Below are positions 19,542-27,965 of a stretch of DNA of 64,000 nucleotides, one piece after another. The first letter of the stretch is position 1. Each line of letters starts with the position of its first letter. The notes beneath the pieces were generated by a model. That model worked only from the letters and a program-made list of their open reading frames with translations. It ran no database searches and was not told the origin of the DNA. A program made the position numbers and the translations under genes. Location of the stretch: the NCBI GenBank assembly GCA_965204745.1, contig OZ242010.1, positions 2,272,001 through 2,336,000 of the forward strand, in the 5' to 3' direction. This DNA comes from Candidatus Latescibacterota bacterium (GTDB lineage: Bacteria; Latescibacterota; UBA2968).

Positions 19542-20630
19542 CTAATAAACCCCGACGACCACGGATTCTTGCAATTCGGAGAACAAGCCGAGGTTTCGCA
19601 CGCCGTCCCATGGATAGGCTTCGATGGGTTTGGCGCGCTCGGCTTCGTCGCGTTCGAGGAACCGGGGCATGAAAAATTCCTCGGTGAGGGTCGTGAGCAT
19701 GACGCGACCGACCGCGTCGTAATCGACTGTTTCGTCCGGATCGTTTGGATCGACCAATTCGATGAACGCACGGGGCACGGGAGGGTAGTAGGTGATGGCG
19801 TAGTTGTCTTCCGGCGCGAAGGGTTTGGAATAGGCCAGGCCCATGAGGGTGTTGCCGTACGTGGGGACGAAGTCGATGCCGGGAATCAGTTCTTCCCGAG
19901 CAAAGCGATTGAATTGCGCGTCCATCTCTGTGCCGCCGCAAAAGATGCCGGTGATGCCGGCTTTTTGCAGGGATATTTTTTCGCACAATTCCTCGAGGAG
20001 CTTGGGGGTTGTGAACATGCATTTCACGTTGTCATTGGCGCGCAAAATCGTGAGGGCCTGGTCGATGACGTGGGCTTTGTACAGTTCCAATTCGTGGAAC
20101 GCGCCGCGCTTGATCAGCTTGTTGACCCATCGGGGATCGAGATCGACGAGAAAGCAGATCCCCCCGCGAATCTGGCACAGGTATTCCACGGCCAAGCGCA
20201 AGCGGCGAGGCCCTGTCGGCCCCAGCATCAACCAATCCGCACCCTGGGGAAAGGTCTCGTCAGAGAGGTGGTCGCTGAACATTTTGTAGTCGATCTGAAA
20301 ATCGTTTTGGCTGATCCGGTATTTGGGCACGCCGGTCGAGCCGCCCGTTTCAAAGACGTACGTGCGTTCTCCCTCGTTGCCCTTGGGAATCCAGCGGCGC
20401 ACGGGCCCACCGCGCAACCATTCGTCTTGGAAATGCCCGAGGAGCTTCAAATCGCCGTACCCGCCGATTTCCCGGCGCGGATCAAAGTCCAATCCCCGCG
20501 CAAAATCCAGCCAGAACGGACAACCCGTATTTGAATCGAAATGCCATGCGACCATCTCGCGCACCTGGGCATCGAGGCCCTCACGCGCTGCTTTGACCCT
20601 GTCGGCGATGGGGGTGGTTAAAATTTCCAT
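19542..20630 (-). CDS. EhpF/GriC-like adenylate-forming (ANL-like) protein
   Basis: WHFDSNTGCPFW, ETGGSTGVPK, PTGP, DLDPRWV, TTP, GGTE, YGNT, ERD and C-terminal GVY all match my recollection of EhpF/GriC. Confidence 0.85.
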   Translation of the reverse strand: MEILTTPIADRVKAAREGLDAQVREMVAWHFDSNTGCPFWLDFARGLDFDPRREIGGYGDLKLLGHFQDEWLRGGPVRRWIPKGNEGERTYVFETGGSTGVPKYRISQNDFQIDYKMFSDHLSDETFPQGADWLMLGPTGPRRLRLAVEYLCQIRGGICFLVDLDPRWVNKLIKRGAFHELELYKAHVIDQALTILRANDNVKCMFTTPKLLEELCEKISLQKAGITGIFCGGTEMDAQFNRFAREELIPGIDFVPTYGNTLMGLAYSKPFAPEDNYAITYYPPVPRAFIELVDPNDPDETVDYDAVGRVMLTTLTEEFFMPRFLERDEAERAKPIEAYPWDGVRNLGLFSELQESVVVGVY

Positions 20631-20686
20631 GTGATGATCTTTCCGTGAATCGGGTTGAAAAACAGCGTTCAGGGCGGGGCGGAGGG

Positions 20687-20716
20687 ACTGACCACTGACT
20701 ACTGACCACTGACCAC
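20687..20716. repeat. Heptamer tandem repeat (ACTGACC-type, about 4 copies)
   Basis: actgaccactgactactgaccactgaccact immediately after the stop of the upstream minus-strand gene. Confidence 0.85.
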
Positions 20717-20719
20717 TTT

Positions 20720-22144
20720 CTACTGCCCCCCTTTAATCGCAAACAACGTATTTCGCGTGCCGATGTAGAGCATGCCATCTTTGGCGATAGGCGTGGTATA
20801 GACCGCGCTGCCCATGTTGATGTCGGCGATGAGTTCCAATTCGGTGCCGGCTTTCAAAATCGCCACATCGCCATCTTCGTCTCCGATATAGACTTTGCCA
20901 TCGGCGACAAAGGGCGACCCCCAGATCGCGGCGTAAGTGTCGTATTTCCAGTGCTGCGCGCCGGTCATGACGTCGAGGCAATAGACAAAGCCGCTCAGGT
21001 CCGCGGCGTAGAGCAGGCCGTCTTGGATGGCGACGGTTGAAATGGTTCGGTTGAATTTTTCGTCGCCAAAGTGCCACATCGCGTGCGTGCCGGTGACGTC
21101 GCCCGTGCCGGTGGCGTCGATGGCCCACAAGTGCCCGATGCCTTCGCCGTGTTCCGGATCTTGTCCGACGCCGATGAAGACCTTGTCGTCATAGATGACG
21201 GGCGTGGCGATAATGGCATTGCGCGTGCCGCGGCCGCCCAGTTCCCACACGGATTCTTTGGGGTTGCTATCGAATTTCCAGATCAGGTCGCCGGTTTCGG
21301 GCTCCATCGCATACACCCAGCCGTCGCCGCCCGGGCAGATCACTTGGGGCTTGCCCGCGATGACGCCGTACGCGGGATTGGACCATTGCCCGTGCAAGAT
21401 GTGTTCCCCCGGATAGTCTTTTTCCCAAACCAAGTCCCCGCTGTCCAGGGTGAGGGCGATAAAGCTAGGCGCCAGGGGCGAGGGGATGGCGATATGGCCT
21501 TCATCCACGCCATTGGCGGTGATGACGAACAACAGATTGCCCGCGGCCACGGGCGAACACACCGCCAAGTTGTGCGGGAAAACGTCCAACTCCTCCATCA
21601 TGTCGTATTCCCAAATAATGTCCACGCCAATCGCGCTCGTGTCGTCTTCTGCGGTGAATGGGCCGTCGTTTTCGCCGTCTAAAAACCCCTCGGTGTCCGC
21701 ACAGACCACGCGGCATTGGTTGGAGATGTAATACATTCGGTCGCCGCGGATATACGGCGTGGAGCAAACGCCCTGTTGCGGCCAGTCGTTCACCCGGCCC
21801 GCGGGCAATTTGGGATGGGCCGCTTGCCAGAGGAATTTGCCATCGGCTTCCCGAAAGGCCATGATCACGCCCTTGTCCCCCTTGATTTTGGGATTGCGCG
21901 CGATTTGGTTGTTCGTGCCCATGAAAATTTTGCCCCCGATTTTGATGGGGCCTGCGTAGGATTGGGCACCCAGGGCCGCTTTCCAAACGATGTTTTCACC
22001 GGTTTCCACATTCCAAGAGGTGGGCAGATTTTTTGCTTCTGACACCAAGTTCCGCTGTGGGGTGAACCCCCACATAGCCTCTTCGGCAATGGCTGACGAG
22101 GCGATCATGCTGACGCATCCGATTACAAGTGCTTTCAGTTTCAT
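20720..22144 (-). CDS. Secreted PQQ-binding-like beta-propeller protein
   Basis: Signal peptide, NLPTSWNVETGENIVW, blades with GVCSTP, HNLAVCSP and HGQWSNP. Confidence 0.88.
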   Translation of the reverse strand: MKLKALVIGCVSMIASSAIAEEAMWGFTPQRNLVSEAKNLPTSWNVETGENIVWKAALGAQSYAGPIKIGGKIFMGTNNQIARNPKIKGDKGVIMAFREADGKFLWQAAHPKLPAGRVNDWPQQGVCSTPYIRGDRMYYISNQCRVVCADTEGFLDGENDGPFTAEDDTSAIGVDIIWEYDMMEELDVFPHNLAVCSPVAAGNLLFVITANGVDEGHIAIPSPLAPSFIALTLDSGDLVWEKDYPGEHILHGQWSNPAYGVIAGKPQVICPGGDGWVYAMEPETGDLIWKFDSNPKESVWELGGRGTRNAIIATPVIYDDKVFIGVGQDPEHGEGIGHLWAIDATGTGDVTGTHAMWHFGDEKFNRTISTVAIQDGLLYAADLSGFVYCLDVMTGAQHWKYDTYAAIWGSPFVADGKVYIGDEDGDVAILKAGTELELIADINMGSAVYTTPIAKDGMLYIGTRNTLFAIKGGQ

Positions 22145-22164
22145 TTTGTTCCTTTGTTTGTTAA

Positions 22165-22300
22165 GAGGTGAGAGGCAAGAGGCAAGAGGCAAGAGGCAAG
22201 GCAATCGCCCCTACACACGGCTCGCCTTTGAACTAGCTGTCGCCAGTTGTACCCCGCTCGTGCCTTTGAACTGGCTGTCGCCAGTTGTACCCCACTCGTG
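22165..22300. repeat. Composite repeat: (GGCAAGA)n plus tandem GCCTTTGAACT.GCTGTCGCCAGTTGTACCC units
   Basis: Inverted homologue of part of 37220-37270. Confidence 0.75.
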
Positions 22301-22339
22301 GCTAAACTTCCATCTTCCCGTCAGGAGGATAGGGTGGTT

Positions 22340-24484
22340 TTACCACACTTTCACATTGTCGTAATAAATCATCGCAGGGGAATACCCGTAAAGGCCGGGG
22401 CTGCCTTCGCGGATGGGCAAGGGATCTTCGGCTTCGATGGTCCACGCATTCGGTTCGGGATCGCCCGTTTTCCACACCTTGCCGCGCACGATAGCCTTAT
22501 CGCCTTGGATATCGACCTTCATTTTTGCGGTGTACCAAGTGCCCATCTCCCACGGGAAGTCGATGCGTTTTGCCATTCGCAAATCCGATGACCACGACCG
22601 AATTTCGAGGCGTTGGTGAATGCCCTGAAGGTCGAGGATGTAGCGGTGCGCGATGAGGCCCATGTCTGGGCGTCGCCGCTTGTTTTGCGTGCCCATCAGG
22701 TCGGCTTGGATGGTGTATGCCGAGAGCGTGTGCCGCGCCATGTAGAGGTTTGAGCGGTCGAGGCCACGCGCTGCCGGCGGTTTGGTCAGCACTTTGTTGC
22801 CGTCTTGTTCCTCCACCCGAAACCCGCTGCCGGCCCAGACCCAGTGCAAGGGGTTTTTGCCGACTTCCACATTTTCAAAATCCTCTGTCCACGGCACCGC
22901 GGGCAAGACGCGCACCCAGGTTTGGCGGGTCAAATCGCCCACTTTGGCGGTGATCCAACCGCCGCCCGGTTTGGATGGGGTGAACGCGCTGGTTGCGATT
23001 TTGCCTTCCAAGCCATCCAACGACCACTCGGCGTCCAGGTCGCCGATGGCGCGGCCCTTGTCGTCGTAGGCGACAGCGCGCAGGGGCAGGGATTCGCCGG
23101 CTTGCACGGTGGCTTCGGCGGGGATGGATAGGATGGACGCGGGTTGGGCACCTGCGGGCGCGGGTTGGTGCTCTGCGAAAGCCGAGGAGGTGACTTCAAA
23201 CGGCGCGGTTTTGTCGCCCAAGCAGAACAGCCCGGCCTCGGTTGCAAAATAGATGCGGCGATAAGCGATGGCGACCGACCCGTAGATTTCAGCGTGCCCG
23301 CCTTCGGGCATGGCGATTTTCTTTTTGTCGAGCACGGTGGCGCCCGCGTCCTCTACTTTGAGGATTTGCACGCCGCCATTGACTTCTGTGACATAGACTT
23401 TGCCATCGGCCCAGGTGGGCGATCCCCTGCCCACGGTGCCGATGTTGTGTTCCCAGTACTGTTTGCCGGTCTCGGCGTCCAAGCAGTGTAGATTGGCCGA
23501 GTTGTCGATCACATAGACGCGGCCCGCGTGGACCGCGGGGGACGCATAGCCCGCGGTCATGCCGTCTTGCCGCCAGAGTTCCTCGCCCGTGCGAGCGTCC
23601 AAACAGGCGACGCGGCCGAGGGAGGTGTTATCGACATTTTCCTCGCTGTGCGCGACATAGACGCGACCATCAGCCACCGCGGGCGAGGTGTTGATGCCCC
23701 GCAGGCTAAAGGGAAATCCCCATACTTTTTCTCCGGTTGCGGCTTTGAAGGCGAAAATGCCGCCGTTGCCATTGCCCGCGATGAGCACGCGTTGCCCGTC
23801 GATGGTCGTGACAACCGGGGTCGAGTAAATGGTCAAGTCCTTCTGCCCGCCGCCGCCCGGACGCGCCATCCATACGGTTTGCCCGGTGCGCTTGTTCAGG
23901 GCGAGATACCGATGCGAAGGGGGTTTGCCGGCCCACCCGCGGTTGCCCAGGCTGATGATGACGAGGTCGCCTTCGACCACCGGCGTGTGCAATCGCCCGC
24001 CATACCCGGAGAATCGGTTAAATTCCTCGGTGAGGGAGCGCGTCCAGATTTCGTTGCCATCCGGGTCAAAGCAGATCAACAACCCGCTGACGAGGTGCGC
24101 GTAGATGTTGCCCGTTTCCGGGTCTGCGCCCAGGTTTGCCCAGCCGAGGCGGTTGAAGGAAATGGTCGAGTGCCAGACATTGAACTTCTTTTCCCACAAG
24201 AGTTCGCCGGTTTCCGCGTCAAAACAAGCGATGTGTTCTCGCTGCGTGATGTCTTTGCCCGTGCGCCCGACGACATAGACCCGGCCATTGACGATGGCCG
24301 GGGTCGATCTGCCGATGAACGGGCGACGCCAGATCAGGTTTTCGCCGTCGAGGGACCAGGTGGCGATGAGGCCCGTCTCCGGCGAAGCACCCGTTTGCAT
24401 GGGGCCGCGCCAATGCGTCCAATCAGACGCGTCGGCAATTCCCAGCGAAGAGATGCAGAACAACGCAACCAAAATAATCTTCAT
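22340..24484 (-). CDS. Secreted PQQ-binding-like beta-propeller with Ig-like and C-terminal beta-sandwich domains
   Basis: Signal peptide, DWTHWRGP, blades, then an Ig-like segment and GSPGLYG...YYDNVKV. Confidence 0.85.
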   Translation of the reverse strand: MKIILVALFCISSLGIADASDWTHWRGPMQTGASPETGLIATWSLDGENLIWRRPFIGRSTPAIVNGRVYVVGRTGKDITQREHIACFDAETGELLWEKKFNVWHSTISFNRLGWANLGADPETGNIYAHLVSGLLICFDPDGNEIWTRSLTEEFNRFSGYGGRLHTPVVEGDLVIISLGNRGWAGKPPSHRYLALNKRTGQTVWMARPGGGGQKDLTIYSTPVVTTIDGQRVLIAGNGNGGIFAFKAATGEKVWGFPFSLRGINTSPAVADGRVYVAHSEENVDNTSLGRVACLDARTGEELWRQDGMTAGYASPAVHAGRVYVIDNSANLHCLDAETGKQYWEHNIGTVGRGSPTWADGKVYVTEVNGGVQILKVEDAGATVLDKKKIAMPEGGHAEIYGSVAIAYRRIYFATEAGLFCLGDKTAPFEVTSSAFAEHQPAPAGAQPASILSIPAEATVQAGESLPLRAVAYDDKGRAIGDLDAEWSLDGLEGKIATSAFTPSKPGGGWITAKVGDLTRQTWVRVLPAVPWTEDFENVEVGKNPLHWVWAGSGFRVEEQDGNKVLTKPPAARGLDRSNLYMARHTLSAYTIQADLMGTQNKRRRPDMGLIAHRYILDLQGIHQRLEIRSWSSDLRMAKRIDFPWEMGTWYTAKMKVDIQGDKAIVRGKVWKTGDPEPNAWTIEAEDPLPIREGSPGLYGYSPAMIYYDNVKVW

Positions 24485-24689
24485 ATACGCTCCTCGTGTT
24501 TGTGCCCAACAGGGCGGTGAAAAAGGGATGCGCGAAATCCGCATATATGATAACACCGCATCGCACCAGAGTCAAGCAACGCGGTTGACAGGCTCAATTT
24601 AGAATATACGCCATTATTCGGTTCGCGTTCCCTCTTTCTCGTGAATTGCGCGGATCGAGAATTGATTTTGCGAGAGCGGGTTAGAGTTT

Positions 24690-25045
24690 GTAAATTGCGT
24701 ATGGGCATTCAGCCATCAACAGAGGTGAGAGGCAAGAGGCAAGAGGCAAGAGGCAAGGTAAATTGCGTATGAGCGTTCAGCCATCAACAGAGGCGAGAGG
24801 CGAGAGGCAAGGTAAATTGCGTATGGGCATTCAGCCATCAGCCCCACCACTCTACCGCTGACCTCTAGGTATGAGGACAAGTGACCACTTGGGGTGGCGG
24901 GGTTGTCTCACCTCTTACGTCTTGCGTCTCACCGAAGGGGGTTGGACGGTGGCGGGGTTGTCTCACCTCTCCCGTCTCCCGTCTTACCGCTTACCGAAGG
25001 GAGTTGGGCGGGGTAGGGACTGACAACTGACAACTGACAACTGCT
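24690..25045. repeat. Composite nested repeat region
   Basis: Three GTAAATTGCGTATG.GC.TTCAGCCATCA units (24690, 24758, 24812) separated by variable AGAGGCR heptamers; duplicated GGTGGCGGGGTTGTCTCACCTCT; (ACTGACA)3 before the RBS. Confidence 0.85.
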
Positions 25046-25060
25046 TCAAGGAGCATTGAC

Positions 25061-25804
25061 ATGGGACTGACAGCCGCGGAACGCGCATTTTACGATGAAA
25101 ACGGGTACGTATTAAAGCGGGGATTGATCGCGCCCGCCGCGATTTCGCAAATCGAGCGGGAGATCGCGGGTTTGCACGAGCGCATGGCCGCGAAGATGCC
25201 CGAGGGCGTGGGGATTTCATGGGAGGAGTTTGAAGACGGGCGCGTGCCCAAGCGCATTCGGCAGTTGATGCACAGCGAGGTGGTCAGCGAGGGGTTGAAC
25301 CGCGCATTGCGTTGCGACGCGATGTTGGATAGTATCGAAACCCTGATCGGGCCGGATATTTCCCTGTATCACAGCAAGTTGTTGATGAAGGCCGCCCGCG
25401 ATGGCACGGCGATTCCGTGGCATCAGGATTATGCGTATTGGAAACGCGAGGACAACGCGCCGTTGATGGTGAATTGCCAACTCGCCATCGACCGCGCAGA
25501 CGATGAGAATGGGTGCATTCAGTTCATCCCCGGCAGCCACGAGTGGGGCCTGCAAGAACACGAGCGGGCGCAGACGAGTTTCGGCGTGTTCTTGCCGGGG
25601 CACTACCGCCAGCGCGATGACGCCGTGCCCGTGCCCATGGCACCGGGCGATGGCGTGTTTTTCAGCGCGCTGACCATTCACGGGTCCGGGCCAAATTCAT
25701 CGCCCCGCGACCGCCGCATGAATACGTTTGCGTACAATGTGACGGGCAACAGCGAAGGACAATGCCGCGAATGGCTACGCGGTCGCGTACTTCCCCAACG
25801 TTGA
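25061..25804 (+). CDS. Phytanoyl-CoA dioxygenase (PhyH) family Fe/2OG enzyme
   Basis: FYDENGY, WHQD, IPGSH, HGSGPN..R. Confidence 0.93.
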   Translation: MGLTAAERAFYDENGYVLKRGLIAPAAISQIEREIAGLHERMAAKMPEGVGISWEEFEDGRVPKRIRQLMHSEVVSEGLNRALRCDAMLDSIETLIGPDISLYHSKLLMKAARDGTAIPWHQDYAYWKREDNAPLMVNCQLAIDRADDENGCIQFIPGSHEWGLQEHERAQTSFGVFLPGHYRQRDDAVPVPMAPGDGVFFSALTIHGSGPNSSPRDRRMNTFAYNVTGNSEGQCREWLRGRVLPQR

Positions 25805-25970
25805 CGCACCTGCCATTCGCCTTTCCCAGTGCCCGATAAATCGTTTGACAAATCCATGTGGCAAGGGTATAATTTTCCCTCGATTCTTTGGCGCGTCCCG
25901 TGTCGCCATCCCCTCCAATGTCTTTCCCACCTCTGCGGGATCATCCCCGTTCACCTGTGATTCATCGCCC

Positions 25971-27965
25971 ATGGCCCTCGATGCTCAACACCCTCAGCAA
26001 GATGTTTTAGACGAACAGTCGCAACCCGCTGTCACTGCGCGGTCCGTGGGGTTGGGGCTGTTTTTGGTCATTGCGCTCGACCTCTTGGCGATTTACGTGC
26101 GCTATGTGTTTCACGGCGCGCTCATGACCTATAGCCACATTCCAATGGCGATGCTGATCGCGTTGATGCTCATGATGTTTGGCCTCGCCATCATCGCCAA
26201 GATGACCGGGTGGGTGCTCTCAAAAGGCGAGTGGCACGCGATTTTGGCCATGGGCATCGTGGGCGCCGCGCTGCCGGGCTTTGGCCTGACCGGGTATTTG
26301 CTCGGGTACATCACGGCGCCGTATTATTTCGCCACGGAAGAAAACGAATGGGCCGAGCACTTGCACCCGCATTTGCCCAACTGGCTGTTGCCGAGCAACG
26401 AAGGCAATGCGGTCGCGTGGTATTACGAGGGCTTGCCCAGCGGCGCGGAAATCCCTTGGGGCGTGTGGTTGTTGCCCCTGTTTTGGTGGACCACAGTCGT
26501 GGCCGCGGCCTTTGTGATGCTGGCGTGCGTGGCAGTCGTATTTCGCAAACAATGGGTGCAAAACGAACGCTTGGTCTTTCCGGCCATGGCGCCGCTGATC
26601 GACATGGCCTCCGCGCCTGGGGATGGCAAGCGGTGGTTGCCCGAGTTCACGCGCAGCCGGTTGTTCTGGATCGGATTCGCCATTGCGTTTGGGGTGCTGG
26701 CATGGAATTGCATCAACTACTTTTTGCCGGGGTTCCCGCGCTTTCCCATCTACCGATCTCGGTGGTACTGGATCGACCGGCAACTGCCGCCGATTCGGGG
26801 CTACTTTGGGATTTTCACCGTGTTTTTCTCGTACTTTGCCAGCTTGGACGTGCTGTTCTCGATCTGGTTTTTCGATCTGGTCTTCATCTTTGAAGGCGGG
26901 CAACTCAGCAAGTGGGGGTACAAAGCCATCACCCCGTACTATCGCACGGGCGTGTATTACTGGCAAACCTTCGGGGCCTTTGTGGTCTTTGTGGCATCCG
27001 CATTTTGGGTCGCGCGAAAACATTTGCGCGACGTGCTGATGAAAGCCCTAGGGCGCGATCCCACTGTGGATGACGCGCACGAGTTGATGTCGTATCGCGC
27101 CGCGTGCATCGGCTTGATCGGCGGCATGGCGTATTTGTTCATCTGGTTGGTGCAGATGAATTTCGATCCGCTGAAAGGGTTTTTGTTTTTGTTGGCCTTG
27201 ATCTTTGTCTATACGGGGGTGGCGAAAATCCTCGCGGATACGGGCATGCCATTTACGAGCAAGCCCATCGGTACGTGGAGCATGGTCGCGTCGTTTGTCG
27301 GGCGGCGCAATATCTCGCTGCCCACATTGGTCGCGTTCCGGTTTTCGTGTTTGATCACCGAGAATTTCAAGGGCTTGTTCTTGCCCGCGCTCTCCCATGC
27401 CGGGCGCGTAGCAGAAGGCGTTCCCGGCAATCAGCGGCGGCGGTTGATGGGCGCGCTCGGCTTGGTGTTCATCGTCAGTTTGCTGTTCAACCTGCTGTTC
27501 ACGGTTTGGCTCGGGTACGACCAAGGGGCGTACAATTTCAACAGTTGGGAAATCACGCGCGCCGCAGAACGCCATTTTCAGCGCACGGTTGACGCCCTCA
27601 AAAAACCCGACGAACCGCCGTTTTACGAAAAGAATCCCGAAGAGGCGGTCTTCTTGGGCATCGGCGGCCTGCTGATGGCCGGGTTGATCTACATGCGCTA
27701 TCGCTTCGTGTGGTGGCCCCTGCATCCGGTTGGGCTGGCGATTTCGGGCCATTACTTGGCGCGGCGCACGAGTTTTACCACGTTTTTGGCGTGGCTCATC
27801 AAGTTCGTGATGATGAAGGTCGGCGGGCCAACCGTGTATCGCAAATCCCGGCCCTTGTTCATCGGGTTGCTGGTCGGGTACATTCTCGGCGTGGCCCTGT
27901 CAACTGGCATCGACATGATTTGGTTCCCAGAACGCGGCCACGGGGGGGTACATCGCTATGGATAA
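25971..27965 (+). CDS. DUF6785/DUF6784 polytopic membrane protein (OPT-superfamily-like)
   Basis: RKQWVQNERLVFP, WWPLHPVG, PLFIGLLVG and many TM helices. Confidence 0.8.
   Translation: MALDAQHPQQDVLDEQSQPAVTARSVGLGLFLVIALDLLAIYVRYVFHGALMTYSHIPMAMLIALMLMMFGLAIIAKMTGWVLSKGEWHAILAMGIVGAALPGFGLTGYLLGYITAPYYFATEENEWAEHLHPHLPNWLLPSNEGNAVAWYYEGLPSGAEIPWGVWLLPLFWWTTVVAAAFVMLACVAVVFRKQWVQNERLVFPAMAPLIDMASAPGDGKRWLPEFTRSRLFWIGFAIAFGVLAWNCINYFLPGFPRFPIYRSRWYWIDRQLPPIRGYFGIFTVFFSYFASLDVLFSIWFFDLVFIFEGGQLSKWGYKAITPYYRTGVYYWQTFGAFVVFVASAFWVARKHLRDVLMKALGRDPTVDDAHELMSYRAACIGLIGGMAYLFIWLVQMNFDPLKGFLFLLALIFVYTGVAKILADTGMPFTSKPIGTWSMVASFVGRRNISLPTLVAFRFSCLITENFKGLFLPALSHAGRVAEGVPGNQRRRLMGALGLVFIVSLLFNLLFTVWLGYDQGAYNFNSWEITRAAERHFQRTVDALKKPDEPPFYEKNPEEAVFLGIGGLLMAGLIYMRYRFVWWPLHPVGLAISGHYLARRTSFTTFLAWLIKFVMMKVGGPTVYRKSRPLFIGLLVGYILGVALSTGIDMIWFPERGHGGVHRYG

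Noticed and set aside
14520-20630. Phenazine or lux (LuxC/LuxE) operon
   Set aside because: No phzA-G or luxAB/D genes; the motifs fit EhpF/GriC rather than LuxE.
24690-24845. Mini-CRISPR
   Set aside because: Spacers consist of the same heptamer; only three repeats.
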